NCBI GenBank assembly: GCA_963749405.1
Contig: CAVVMY010000002.1
Span: 1 to 53,312 of the forward strand
Reading direction: 5' to 3'
Source of the DNA: Candidatus Altiarchaeales archaeon
Lineage (GTDB): Archaea; Altiarchaeota; Altiarchaeia; IMC4; QMZM01
Length of the DNA stretch: 53,312 nt
A program made the translations under genes and the position numbers. Shown here one piece after another: positions 29,267 through 39,018 of the stretch (positions are counted from its first letter, which is position 1; each line of letters starts with the position of its first letter). The notes beneath the pieces were generated by a model, which made no database searches, was not told the DNA's origin, and was given only the letters and a program-made list of their open reading frames with translations.

Positions 29267-30515
29267 TCAGTCCTTCTTTGGTTGCAGCAGAGTCAGAGCA
29301 TAGTCGTCGGTAAGGTATGTTTGCGCAGCCTCCCTTATCTCTTCTTTCGTTATCCTGTTTATGTATTTTTCCTTTACGCGGAAGTCATGCTCTACCCCGT
29401 ATATCTCGGTCTCAAGAATCATTGCCGCCCGATCTGTTATTTTTTCCAGCGAGTCGTCGTATTTTGAGAGCAGCAGGGTCTTTGTGCCTTTGAATTCTTT
29501 GTCTGATACCTGATTTTTTTTCAGGTCTTCGAATATGTCTAGTATGACCTGCTTTGCTTCTTCAAGGCGCTTGGGGTCGAATCCTTCTACGTGTGTGAGG
29601 AACATTCCTTCAGTGTCCAAGGGGTAGTAAAAACTTCCTACGCCGTATCCTATGCCTCTTTTATCCCGTAGTTCCTGATACATCCTCGACGACAGGCCTT
29701 CCGAGAGTAGGCTGGATAGCATCTCCAGGACGTATGTGTCCTTGCTGTCGTAGCCCGGGACCTTGTAGCCAAGGCACATATAGACTTGGGATATGTCTTT
29801 TCTTTCCTCCTCGGTTTTTCGTTTCCTGTTTGTAAGGTCTGATGCTACTTCTTTTGCAGGCAGTTTCTTTTTGTCCAGGGAACCGAACAGGTCTTTTACC
29901 TTGGCAGACAACTCTTTCTCATCATATTTTCCAACAGCGGTTATTACCATGTTATTCGGCACATAATATTTCCACTTGAACTCTTCCAGCTCCCTCTTTC
30001 CCAACCGAGCCCATAGTATCCACTGTTCCTTCTATCTTTTTCTCAAGAGGCGTTCCCTCAAACAGCTTCGGTATAAACAGGCCGGTCAGAGAATACCGAT
30101 CTGGAGAATTTATGAAGTTCTCTATCTCAGTTAATATGACCTGACGCTCGGTTTCGAACTCCTCTTTTTTATAGGAATAATTTGTAGCAGCCTCGTAAAT
30201 AACTTCCACGGCAGTGTTCAGGTGCTCTGCGGGGGACTTGGCAGTGAACGCAGTATATTTCCAGGTAGTGTAGGCGTTTATGATTGTACCGGAATACTCA
30301 AGGTCTTCTGCAATGGCTCTCGCATCCCTGTATTTGTTACTCTTAAAGAGCAAATGCTCATTAAAATGGCTCCCACCATTCAGTCTAACAGTCTCGTCCA
30401 CAGAGCCTACCCGCACCCCGGCCAAAAGGGCTGCTTTCTTGGTGTTAGGCCTCTTCTCCATCAACAGCACAAGTCCGTTGTCAAGCTCCAACCGTTTAAT
30501 ACCCTTTAGTTCCAC
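29267..30515 (-). CDS. M16 family zinc peptidase (frameshift near 30000)
   Basis: Inverted zincin HFNEH, INAYT, YVPNNM, GLSSRMYQELRDKRGIGY. Confidence 0.92.
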
Positions 30516-30565
30516 TTCGGAAAGACATTCGATTACCGGCTAAATAATAAAAAATAATCAGACAA

Positions 30566-31357
30566 TCAATAGCTGCCCAACCGGGACTGCCGGACTTTAG
30601 CAGGCATAGACTCCACAAGGGATTCCAGGTCTATCTCCATCCCATCCCTGGCCGCAATAGTCCTAACACCTGTCTCTTCCTCGATTCTCTTTGCTTCCTT
30701 CTCAGGGCCGCAATTAAGCATCGTCATACCAAAATGCTGCATCACGGCAAGATCAGGCCTGGCCTCCGCCACGATCAAAGCAGCAGTGCGCGTGTTCAGG
30801 TGCACGTCTATCTCTTTACTTGCAGGGAATATGGTGTTCATTATCAGTACCTTGGAGCCTTTGTAGTATTTGACCAGGGCCTTGTCGTATGCGGTATCCG
30901 CGGTGCAGGCTATGTCCCCGTACTTGGATTTGAAACGGAAACCTACCGCGCCTACGTGGTTACTTGTGGGCAGGGCTTCTATTCCCAGGCTTCCGATCTG
31001 GAATCTTTCTTTCGGCTTCGCGGTTATAAGTTCCACATAGCTCTTATGATAATCGGATATGTAATCCAGGACGCTTTCGCTCAAGGCCAGCGTTCCCCTC
31101 TTTGTCTTCATGCCATGGGTCATGGCCTCTACAAGTATCTCGGCGTCGTTATAATGGTCTATGTGGTGATGGGAAATGAGCACTCCTTTAAGTTTCTGCG
31201 GATTTTTCTTGAACTGCAAAGCCCGAATAAGCGCTCCGGGGCCCGGATCCATTGCCACAGTTTCTTCAAGCTCCAGCCAAAGCCCTCCGGAGTAGCGCCT
31301 CTGGTTCAATATGACGAATCTCCCGCCGCCGGTCCCCAGAAAGGTTATGGAAACCAT
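30566..31357 (-). CDS. MBL-fold metallohydrolase
   Basis: FLGTGGGRF, DPGPG, SHHHIDH, VHL, QHFG. Confidence 0.9.
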   Translation of the reverse strand: MVSITFLGTGGGRFVILNQRRYSGGLWLELEETVAMDPGPGALIRALQFKKNPQKLKGVLISHHHIDHYNDAEILVEAMTHGMKTKRGTLALSESVLDYISDYHKSYVELITAKPKERFQIGSLGIEALPTSNHVGAVGFRFKSKYGDIACTADTAYDKALVKYYKGSKVLIMNTIFPASKEIDVHLNTRTAALIVAEARPDLAVMQHFGMTMLNCGPEKEAKRIEEETGVRTIAARDGMEIDLESLVESMPAKVRQSRLGSY

Positions 31358-31406
31358 AAGTTACTTAATTAGAATCAGGGATTATAATTTAACCAAATAT
31401 GAAAAT

Positions 31407-32084
31407 ATGAAAATCCTCTGCATAGCAGACATACACGGAGACATAGAAGGAGTAAAATCCGCCAGGGAATATGCAGAAAAAAACGGCATAAAGGACGTCC
31501 TCATCCTCGGAGACTTCCCAAGCCACGGGATGTTCCACAACACAGAACTAAGCCTTGGAGAGATACGCCTCGCACTGGACCAATTAAAAGGACTGAACGT
31601 ACTCGCAATCCCAGGAAACTGCGATCCCCGGAATTCTCCCGAGCTTTTCGAAAGATTGGGCGTGAACCTCCATGAAAAAATAAAAGAGGTAGGAGGTATA
31701 AAGTTGGTGGGTTTCGGGAGTTCGAATATTACGCCTTTCGGCACTCTCTTTGAGCTAACGGAAGAGGAGATACTTTCAAGGCTTGCGAAACTTCTTTCTT
31801 CTCTCCCCGGGGCAAACATTCTCGCAGTCCACTGTCCGCCAAGGGATACCAGATGCGACATAACAGGCAACGGCACGCATGCCGGAAGCACTGCTGTGAG
31901 AAAGGTGATAGAGGAGTTCCAGCCGGATCTTGCGGTATGCTCTCACATACATGAATCTGGTGGGTCGACTGACCTCATCGGCAGGACGGTTGTTGCCAAT
32001 ATCGGGCGCCTCTCCTATGGATTCATAGGGGTGATAAAAGTTGGAGAGAACGTGGAAATAGAATTGGGGAATATGAAAGCATGA
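31407..32084 (+). CDS. Calcineurin-like metallophosphoesterase
   Basis: DIHG, GD, PGNCD, HCPP, SHIHES. Confidence 0.92.
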   Translation: MKILCIADIHGDIEGVKSAREYAEKNGIKDVLILGDFPSHGMFHNTELSLGEIRLALDQLKGLNVLAIPGNCDPRNSPELFERLGVNLHEKIKEVGGIKLVGFGSSNITPFGTLFELTEEEILSRLAKLLSSLPGANILAVHCPPRDTRCDITGNGTHAGSTAVRKVIEEFQPDLAVCSHIHESGGSTDLIGRTVVANIGRLSYGFIGVIKVGENVEIELGNMKA

Positions 32085-32151
32085 TTGATGCATTGCCCTA
32101 TTTAAATGTGTTTGATTAATTATGTAATAATCATAAAAAAATGCTTTAACC

Positions 32152-33381
32152 ATGAGAAACACAATTTCTTTTATAACGCTTACGCTGGTCATGCTGCTTG
32201 CCCTTGCAGGCTGCGCAGCCGCAGCTAACGTGTATTTCTTCCAGTCCAAGACATCAGGCAGTTATACAACAGACAGTGGATACTCGATGTTCAAAGACAA
32301 ACTGGTAGAAAACGGCTATGAAGTAAACGACTTAGAGCAGGGGTTATCCATAGAATCATTGAGCAAGGTCACGCCCGAACCAGACATTCTGATAATACCC
32401 AACCTTGGAACAGACCTCACGGCCGACGAAACAACAGCATTATTCTATTTTGTAATGGAGGAAGGGAAGGGAGTATTCCTGTGCGGAGCGACCCCATCAA
32501 CCAATAAACTGACAATTCCATTGGGGATGACAGCCTCAGAAGACCTCCTGGAAGACGACGAAAACAGGATCAGGGATATCTCAACAGATCAGTTGGTAAC
32601 TGACAAAACCATCTTTTATGTAGACCTTCCCAGCGAGCGCCCAGATGTTGTAATAAATTCACTTACGCGCGGCGTGAACAAACTGGACATATTCACTGCA
32701 GGAGGAATATACCTGTTTGGGAACTCCAAGGGGGTTATATTCGGCGGAGACGCTACCAATACCCCTAAAGCGCTCACCTTCCCAAAAAAGAGCGACCCGC
32801 CACTCGCAGCATACATCCAGCTGGGCAAGGGATGGATATTTTTGCTAAGCGACCCGGACATGATAGCAAACGCTAACCTGGATACAACAAAATACACACA
32901 TGATAATCTGAAATTCGCCATAAACATAGTAGACTGGCTGTCCCAGCCACCAACCGAAAACCTCTCAGAAGACGAAATAAACAGTATAATAAGAGCCCAG
33001 AAGGCGCAGATCACGGACCTGAACCACACAATAAACACCCAAGAACAGGAAAAAGCAGACCTCAACAACCAGATAACAGCGCTAAATGCTGAGATAGATA
33101 CCCTCTCCTTGCAGATTATAAACCTGAAAAAAGACAGCTTTATGGGCCTAAAATATGAGATATGGGGTATGTTGGTATTATCGTTGTGCTTCATCCTAAC
33201 AATCGGGGTCGTAGTCAAAAAGAACAAAAAAGAGTTAAAGACTAATAAAGCAGACCTCGGATATGAATTCGACGAAAAAGACCTCGACATAGGTCCAAAC
33301 GCTGAAAAAACCCCTGGCAGTAAAATAAAGGAAGAAGACATAGAAGCGCGGCTCAAAGAATTACAGAAGGGAAGCCAGTAA
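32152..33381 (+). CDS. Surface protein with GldG/DUF4350-like domain, coiled coil and C-terminal TM helix
   Basis: Signal peptide; LGKGWIFLLSDPDM...NLKFAINIVDWL; heptad region; TM helix followed by a charged tail. Confidence 0.65.
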   Translation: MRNTISFITLTLVMLLALAGCAAAANVYFFQSKTSGSYTTDSGYSMFKDKLVENGYEVNDLEQGLSIESLSKVTPEPDILIIPNLGTDLTADETTALFYFVMEEGKGVFLCGATPSTNKLTIPLGMTASEDLLEDDENRIRDISTDQLVTDKTIFYVDLPSERPDVVINSLTRGVNKLDIFTAGGIYLFGNSKGVIFGGDATNTPKALTFPKKSDPPLAAYIQLGKGWIFLLSDPDMIANANLDTTKYTHDNLKFAINIVDWLSQPPTENLSEDEINSIIRAQKAQITDLNHTINTQEQEKADLNNQITALNAEIDTLSLQIINLKKDSFMGLKYEIWGMLVLSLCFILTIGVVVKKNKKELKTNKADLGYEFDEKDLDIGPNAEKTPGSKIKEEDIEARLKELQKGSQ

Positions 33382-33393
33382 AAACCTTAACAG

Positions 33394-33741
33394 TTACTTT
33401 GACTCAATCGTTATCTTCGTATCCTTCCTCTTGCTCCGAATCTTCTCCAATATCTTCTTAAAACTCTCATCTGACAATTTCTGGGGCAGCTGGCCTCCCT
33501 GATACAACTGTATCAAAAGAATCTCTATCTGCCTTGCAAAATCCGGCTGCGCAAGCCGTATATTAGAAAGACGATCCCTGGCTTCTGGCTCAAGTATCTG
33601 GTTTATTATTATTTTTATCTGCGATGCTATCTGCTCTTCCTGCATGGCCCTCTGCACCTGCTGCTGGGCCTGCTGCTGCATCTGGTTCTGCATGAGTTCC
33701 TGAAGCCTTCTTTTACGGATCTCCTCCAGCTCATCAGGCAT
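33394..33741 (-). CDS. PDCD5-like dsDNA-binding protein
   Basis: ELEEIRKRRLQEL, ILEPEARDRLSNIRL; conserved neighbour of rps19e. Confidence 0.93.
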   Translation of the reverse strand: MPDELEEIRKRRLQELMQNQMQQQAQQQVQRAMQEEQIASQIKIIINQILEPEARDRLSNIRLAQPDFARQIEILLIQLYQGGQLPQKLSDESFKKILEKIRSKRKDTKITIESK

Positions 33742-33766
33742 TTTTAGGAAATATCTTATTGGATAA

Positions 33767-34195
33767 TTATTTCTTTAGAAGAGTGCTTGCCATCTTGTCC
33801 AGATAGGACTGGCCTTTGGAGGTTATTCTTCTGCCGCAGGGACCTTTCACTGCGACTTTCTCTGTGTATCCTAGGCTGTCAAATTCCTGCAATATGGCTC
33901 TTATGTTCTTGCCGCCTGCCCTGCGGAATTCCTGAGGCTTTACTCCTCGGTTCTTGGTGCTGCCGTAAGCCACTCTCAGGCTCTGAACACCCACCGGGCC
34001 GTTAACATAGACCTTCCTCAGGACCGATGCCGCCCGATAATACCACCAGTCAGGGTTTTCAGGCATCCGCTCCACATGTGAGCCCGTCTTAACATAATCA
34101 GCCCAATCGGGTTTCTTGAATTTAACATTCTCTTTTAAGTCTTTTGCAGCAGCCTCTATCAGGTCGCCTGCCGAAACTTCATAAACAGTAGCCAT
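33767..34195 (-). CDS. rps19e: 30S ribosomal protein S19e
   Basis: PDWADYVKTG, DWWYYRAASVLRKVY, GPVGV. Confidence 0.97.
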   Translation of the reverse strand: MATVYEVSAGDLIEAAAKDLKENVKFKKPDWADYVKTGSHVERMPENPDWWYYRAASVLRKVYVNGPVGVQSLRVAYGSTKNRGVKPQEFRRAGGKNIRAILQEFDSLGYTEKVAVKGPCGRRITSKGQSYLDKMASTLLKK

Positions 34196-34196
34196 T

Positions 34197-34625
34197 TTAG
34201 TATTTCACCAAATCCGATTCATTGAAAAATATAGGTATCTCGTAATCCGCAGACTCCTTCGAATCCGAGGCATGAACGATGTTCTCAGACATCATGAGAC
34301 CATAATCGCCGCGTATCGAGCCCATCTCGGCATTCAATGGATTCGTTGCTCCGACGACTTTTCTGACAAGCTTTATCGCATCATCGGCCGGAAGAGCAAC
34401 ATCAAGCACCATGACTGCCAAAGGCCCGCTATTTATGTACTTTATCAGGTCGTTATAGAACGGCTTGCCATTGTGCACAGCATAGAGCTTCTCGGCTCTT
34501 TCTTTGCCCATGGAGATAATCCTAAGGCCAGCGATGCATATGCCGTATCGCTCGAACCTGCCGACAATCTCTCCTACGAGATGGCGTCGCACGCCATCCG
34601 GCTTAATCATGACAAAGGTCCTCAT
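34197..34625 (-). CDS. ndk: Nucleoside diphosphate kinase
   Basis: RTFVMIKPDG, GATNP, GSIRGD, NIVHASDS. Confidence 0.97.
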   Translation of the reverse strand: MRTFVMIKPDGVRRHLVGEIVGRFERYGICIAGLRIISMGKERAEKLYAVHNGKPFYNDLIKYINSGPLAVMVLDVALPADDAIKLVRKVVGATNPLNAEMGSIRGDYGLMMSENIVHASDSKESADYEIPIFFNESDLVKY

Positions 34626-34990
34626 TTTTTAGCCTTCTTTACCTCCTTCTTAGCCGGTGCCTTCTTTACTTCCTTCTTAGGCTCCTTAGCGTCCTTTGCC
34701 TTCTTTTGAGATACGGGCTTTTTGTCTTCAACAGGAACTGCCTTTTCCACAACCTCTTCTTCAACTTGGGCAACTTCCTCTTTCACTGCCGGAACAGGCA
34801 AACCCTTTATGCGGATGTCCTTTTCCTCCTTATAAGCCTGCGTCCACTTAGTCTCACGAGGCTTCCTCTCCAACTTGATCATGTTCTTGTCGCACTTGGA
34901 AGAGCAGAAATACAACGCCTTACCCCTCTTTGTAACGAAAATAACCTCTGTCCCGCGGGGAATCTCCTTACCACAAAAACTACAATCCAT
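34622..34990 (-). CDS. rpl24e: 50S ribosomal protein L24e with charged C-terminal extension
   Basis: CSFCG...FCSSKC...PRETKWT, followed by ~65 aa rich in E/K/A/V/P. Confidence 0.93.
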   Translation of the reverse strand: MDCSFCGKEIPRGTEVIFVTKRGKALYFCSSKCDKNMIKLERKPRETKWTQAYKEEKDIRIKGLPVPAVKEEVAQVEEEVVEKAVPVEDKKPVSQKKAKDAKEPKKEVKKAPAKKEVKKAKK

Positions 34991-34991
34991 T

Positions 34992-35183
34992 TTATCTCAG
35001 AGGCTTAGCCTCCCTCTCAGCTTCGGCAAGACTCAGAATATCCCCCTCCCGGACAGGCGTACGCACATTCCTGCGGATAACCCTGCCGGCAGAAGGACCA
35101 TCCAACACCTTACACATGACCTGGATAACCTCACCATAGATACCAGTCCTACCAATGATCTTCACAACTTCAGCAGAAACCAT
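34992..35183 (-). CDS. rps28e: 30S ribosomal protein S28e
   Basis: AEVVKIIGRTG, RNVRTPVREGDIL. Confidence 0.97.
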   Translation of the reverse strand: MVSAEVVKIIGRTGIYGEVIQVMCKVLDGPSAGRVIRRNVRTPVREGDILSLAEAEREAKPLR

Positions 35184-35197
35184 TTTTCAGTATAGGA

Positions 35198-35557
35198 TTA
35201 TTTCTTTGCTTCAGCGACCTTAGCAACCAACTCAGGAAGCATCTCCTTAGCATTCCCCTCCTCAACGATGCAGCCGGCAGCAGTCGGAACATGCACTCCG
35301 ACCGCTTCGCCTATGTCCGCCCTCGGAACGAACAGATAAGGAATCTTCTTCTCCTCGCAAAGCATAGGAATATGCATCACGATCTCAGGCGGATTAACGT
35401 CGTTTCCTATCAGAACAAGTTTCGCGCTCCCGCGCTCAACAGCCTTCGTAACCTCGTTAGTCCCTTTCTTAATCTTCCCGGAATCTCTTGCAATCTCAAG
35501 AGCCTCAAGCGCCTTATCGGCAACTTCCTTAGACACTTCAAACTTAACGTATGCCAT
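35198..35557 (-). CDS. rpl7ae: 50S ribosomal protein L7Ae
   Basis: IKKGTNEVTKAVERG, DVNPPEIV, LCEEKKIPY. Confidence 0.97.
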   Translation of the reverse strand: MAYVKFEVSKEVADKALEALEIARDSGKIKKGTNEVTKAVERGSAKLVLIGNDVNPPEIVMHIPMLCEEKKIPYLFVPRADIGEAVGVHVPTAAGCIVEEGNAKEMLPELVAKVAEAKK

Positions 35558-35563
35558 TTTATT

Positions 35564-35598
35564 TACCTCCTCATATCAACAAATCATCGTCATCGGTA
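35564..35598 (-). promoter_or_regulatory. Putative kink-turn in the rpl7ae 5' UTR overlapping the Shine-Dalgarno site
   Basis: The minus strand reads UACC-GAU-GAC...GGA-GGUA: a 4-bp C stem, 3-nt bulge and tandem G.A pairs, including the SD GGAGGU. Confidence 0.6.
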
Positions 35599-35804
35599 TA
35601 GAAACTACAACAAACAACGAAAAGTTTAAGATTATTGTATTAAGTTAATAAATATACGAGATAGTTACCTATTCGTTCTCTGTAATCCCTGGGGAATTAC
35701 GCTACTCCAGCTTTGGAGGACTGACCCAAAACCCCTCCTCAGTAAATCATCCACCTAATATCCTCATAAACCATATATACTATCATAATATGCAAAGGTT
35801 TTAA

Positions 35805-36050
35805 ATGGTCACTGAGCAAGTTTTTAAAAGCCGGCAGGTTTGCCCGTGCGGTAGAGGAGAATCAGAGCAGATAGGTCATTCGGGCGATGCAGCAGAGGAA
35901 CACATAATGCTCTGCCCTGTCTGCAAGGAAAAATACGTATATGATCCGAATGGAGTGCGCAGGAACCATAAAGTAAAGATGAGGCCAAGGGGATGGGTTC
36001 TGAAGGGAAGCTATGACATGTCTGGAGCGCTTAACCCTAAAACCTTTTAG
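35805..36050 (+). CDS. Small zinc-ribbon hypothetical protein
   Basis: CPCG and CPVC knuckles; ATG start preceded by TATA-like sequence. Confidence 0.6.
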   Translation: MVTEQVFKSRQVCPCGRGESEQIGHSGDAAEEHIMLCPVCKEKYVYDPNGVRRNHKVKMRPRGWVLKGSYDMSGALNPKTF

Positions 36051-36111
36051 ATTACGGCAAGGTTGTCTCTGTGACCGATCTTTAATAAATTCATAAAACA
36101 AAATAATAACT

Positions 36112-36324
36112 ATGAAAAAGGGGGAGGGATTGATTGACCTAACGCAGCCTTGGGCAAACCAGTTGACGGTTGGGAATATAGAGATAAGAGTCCTCTCCAG
36201 GCCTAAGATAAAGCTGCAAGAATTAGAAGGAGTTCTCAAATCAGAAGAGAAGGCCGTATCTGTTGTTCGGGAACTGCGTGAGGAAGACTATGGACGGGAA
36301 AAGCGAAGAACTAGTTCTTGTTGG
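36112..36324 (+). CDS. Putative VapB-like antitoxin (expected stop reads TGG at 36322-36324)
   Basis: LEGVLK...VRELREE ending typical of archaeal antitoxins; overlaps the start of the PIN gene. Confidence 0.6.
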
Positions 36325-36727
36325 TACCTGCGTTCTCCTGAAATATTTCTTTGCCGAAGAAGGAAAAGACATGGTCAGCGTGCTTCTCAGAAAGATCCTA
36401 TCCAAAGAACTGAAAGCAGTGGTCAGCGTCTGCACTCTGTCGGAACTTGTTACCGTCTGCATACGCAATAAAAAAGAGGACCTGATACCGACGATCATTC
36501 TATTCATCCGCCAAAACTTCTATGTCGCAAACACTACGCCAGAGACTGCAATTATTGCAGGATACTTCAAGGCGAAGTACTCACAGAATCAAAAAACTCT
36601 TTCACACGCCGACAGCGTGATCCTGGCAACCTCCTTTTTGTATGGAAGCGTATTATTGACCTATGATTCGGAATACAGCGAGGTTAAAGAGGTTGGGATA
36701 AAGACGCCGGAAGAATATGTAGAGTAA
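36290..36727 (+). CDS. PIN domain (VapC-like) toxin
   Basis: VLVGTCVL (canonical DT reads GT), TLSEL, LSHADSVILAT, LLTYDSEY. Confidence 0.85.
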   Translation: MDGKSEELVLVGTCVLLKYFFAEEGKDMVSVLLRKILSKELKAVVSVCTLSELVTVCIRNKKEDLIPTIILFIRQNFYVANTTPETAIIAGYFKAKYSQNQKTLSHADSVILATSFLYGSVLLTYDSEYSEVKEVGIKTPEEYVE

Positions 36728-36729
36728 TC

Positions 36730-38241
36730 CTAAAGGAATTTAATCTCCGTCGGCACTTCCCCGAATCGTTTTACGAATTCCTTCGGCCACTTCTCCTTAT
36801 CCAGTCCCTTCTGCGCCGTGAAGGTCGCAAGCCATCTCTCCATCCCGATCCCGGTACACCCCGACCACAATTCCGTCCCCTTCTGCGACTTCACGTTGAA
36901 GCCTTTGGTGTATTTGTCTCCGTTGTTTGATGCGTTCTGGAATTCCAGCCACTCTGATTCCTTGCGTGTTCCGCGGTATGGGAGGTATGATTCGAAGTCT
37001 ATGGTGCCGATGTCGTGTTTTTCTGATTCGTCTTTTACGCCTATCAGTCCTTCCTGTGCCATGAACCAAGGCGTGACCCATGCCATTCGCCATTCGAGGT
37101 CTAGTATGTCGTTGAATATGTGTTTGTAGCAGTCGACGATCTTCCTCCTTACTTCGCGGACTTGTTCTGGGTAGCCGGCCCATACGAGTTCTATTCTGTG
37201 GAATTCGTCTACTCGTTCGATCCCGTGTATGCCGCCTGATTCGTATCTCATGGATGTTCCTGAGCGGTCGAATACTTTGAGTGGGAGGCTTGCGTCTGCC
37301 ATGGTCTTTCCGTCGAGGAAGGGCCAGAATGCAGGGCATTGCGCGTACGTCACCCCTCCAATCGGCTCCTTAATCTTGTCTTTGATGAGGTGCAGGGGCA
37401 CTTCGCCTGTTATTTTGTATGTGTCTATTACTTCTTCCCAGTATTCCTTGTCTCGGCTTTTTGGCTGGCACAGGTAGTATATTTCGCCGTATATGCTTTT
37501 TGCGTGGCCTGATTTTTTCCAGATGTCCCATGTCTCGGCTTTTGGGAAGATCATCTCTGAAAAGCCTATGGGTTTTACGAGTTCTTCCATGACGATTGAT
37601 TCAAATGTCTTGATTATCCTTGTCGGGAGCGGCCCGAATATCCATTGTCCCCGGCCTCTGTGCATTATCCAGTTTTCTTTCTCCATCTCGGCTGTGGGGT
37701 CTTTGTTCCATGCGTGTTTCTTCTCGGGAGACTGCCATAGGAGTTCCCAGTGTTCGGCTTTTCCTTCATAGTGCTGGGCGTCTGCTTTGTCTGTAACGAG
37801 TGTTATCATGCGGTCTATGTAGTTGTTCTGGAGGAATTCTTCGTCGAGGTTTTCCAGGAGCAGGTGGCATGTTTTTCCTTCGAATCGTATCTCTTTTACG
37901 AAGGGAATGGTGAATGCCTTTTTCGGCTCTTTGTCTAGGTCGAATTCTATCTCGTATCTGAGGGCGTGTATTCCCCTGATGCCTACGTGATATTGTTTGC
38001 CCAGGTGCTGGGCGATGTAGTTCTTGAGTCTGAATAAGGCATCATGCGGCCTTACAAATCGGCCGGAGGAGATAGTGAGAAGTATCTTGTCGCCTGAGAC
38101 CCTCTCTTTTTCGATCTTTGCACCTGTCCCATTTGATGCGCCTTTGGTTAGGAGGTCTCCTGTTTTTGCGAGGAGGGTTTTTATGTCTGCTTCGGGCAGT
38201 TCTTTACTTAGCGTAAGCTGGCAATCCATCGAGAATTTCAT
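36730..38241 (-). CDS. serS: Seryl-tRNA synthetase, methanogen-type (type 2, Zn-dependent)
   Basis: SGRFVRPHD N-terminal domain, YAQCP, RYESGGIHGIERVDEFHRIELVW, WLEFQN, WSGCTGIGMERW. Confidence 0.95.
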   Translation of the reverse strand: MKFSMDCQLTLSKELPEADIKTLLAKTGDLLTKGASNGTGAKIEKERVSGDKILLTISSGRFVRPHDALFRLKNYIAQHLGKQYHVGIRGIHALRYEIEFDLDKEPKKAFTIPFVKEIRFEGKTCHLLLENLDEEFLQNNYIDRMITLVTDKADAQHYEGKAEHWELLWQSPEKKHAWNKDPTAEMEKENWIMHRGRGQWIFGPLPTRIIKTFESIVMEELVKPIGFSEMIFPKAETWDIWKKSGHAKSIYGEIYYLCQPKSRDKEYWEEVIDTYKITGEVPLHLIKDKIKEPIGGVTYAQCPAFWPFLDGKTMADASLPLKVFDRSGTSMRYESGGIHGIERVDEFHRIELVWAGYPEQVREVRRKIVDCYKHIFNDILDLEWRMAWVTPWFMAQEGLIGVKDESEKHDIGTIDFESYLPYRGTRKESEWLEFQNASNNGDKYTKGFNVKSQKGTELWSGCTGIGMERWLATFTAQKGLDKEKWPKEFVKRFGEVPTEIKFL

Positions 38242-38307
38242 GGTGTATCGGTAATTATTAGGGAATCGAGAGAAAAAGAGATGAGAGATGCTGGTTGTTG
38301 GGCTGCT

Positions 38308-38850
38308 TTATGCTTCTTCCCTGAAGCATTCTTCGCATACGAGCCTTCCTTCTGCGCGTCCGAGGTTTTCTGAGTATTCTCCGCATTCCTCGCATATGCC
38401 TGATATTACGCTTGTGGGGGATCCTGGGACGTCGGCTATGTCCCATTGGCTGTGTTCTTTTATGAGTATGTGTAGGGCTGGCTCTATTTTTATGAGGTCG
38501 AATTCGGATATGATCCCGACTATTTTTGCGTTTTGCATGACGACGAGTCTTTTCACGTTTTTGTCTCTCATCATCCTGGCTGCGTTGTCCACGTCTTTTT
38601 CTGGGGTGATGGTCAGAAGGGGTGAAGTCATTACCTGGGTTACTGGTGTTGTCTTTGGGTCTTTGCCCATGGCTACTACCTTGCCTATTATGTCTGTGTC
38701 TGTGACTATGCCTACGCCTTTGCTTTTTTCCATTACTATGACAGAGTCTATGTCGTTTTTCCTCATTATCTCTGCTATCCTCTGGATGTTGTCCATGGGC
38801 GTCGCGTATATGACTCCGCGGGTCATCGCATCTCCGACTCTTAGTTCCAT
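38308..38850 (-). CDS. CBS-pair protein with C-terminal zinc ribbon
   Basis: Two CBS repeats; GICEECG...LVCEEC. Confidence 0.92.
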   Translation of the reverse strand: MELRVGDAMTRGVIYATPMDNIQRIAEIMRKNDIDSVIVMEKSKGVGIVTDTDIIGKVVAMGKDPKTTPVTQVMTSPLLTITPEKDVDNAARMMRDKNVKRLVVMQNAKIVGIISEFDLIKIEPALHILIKEHSQWDIADVPGSPTSVISGICEECGEYSENLGRAEGRLVCEECFREEA

Positions 38851-39018
38851 TTTTTCACCTCGTCTGCTATGTTGTATATTATTATAGAATCCAAGAGTAA
38901 AAAAGGCTTCTGGCAGTTTTGCTGGTTTCTATATTGTGTCGTCTTTTTTCGGGCGGGTAAGTTATATTTAAATTGGAAAATCCTAATCAAAACTATCTTT
39001 TGAACCGGAGACAGTAAC

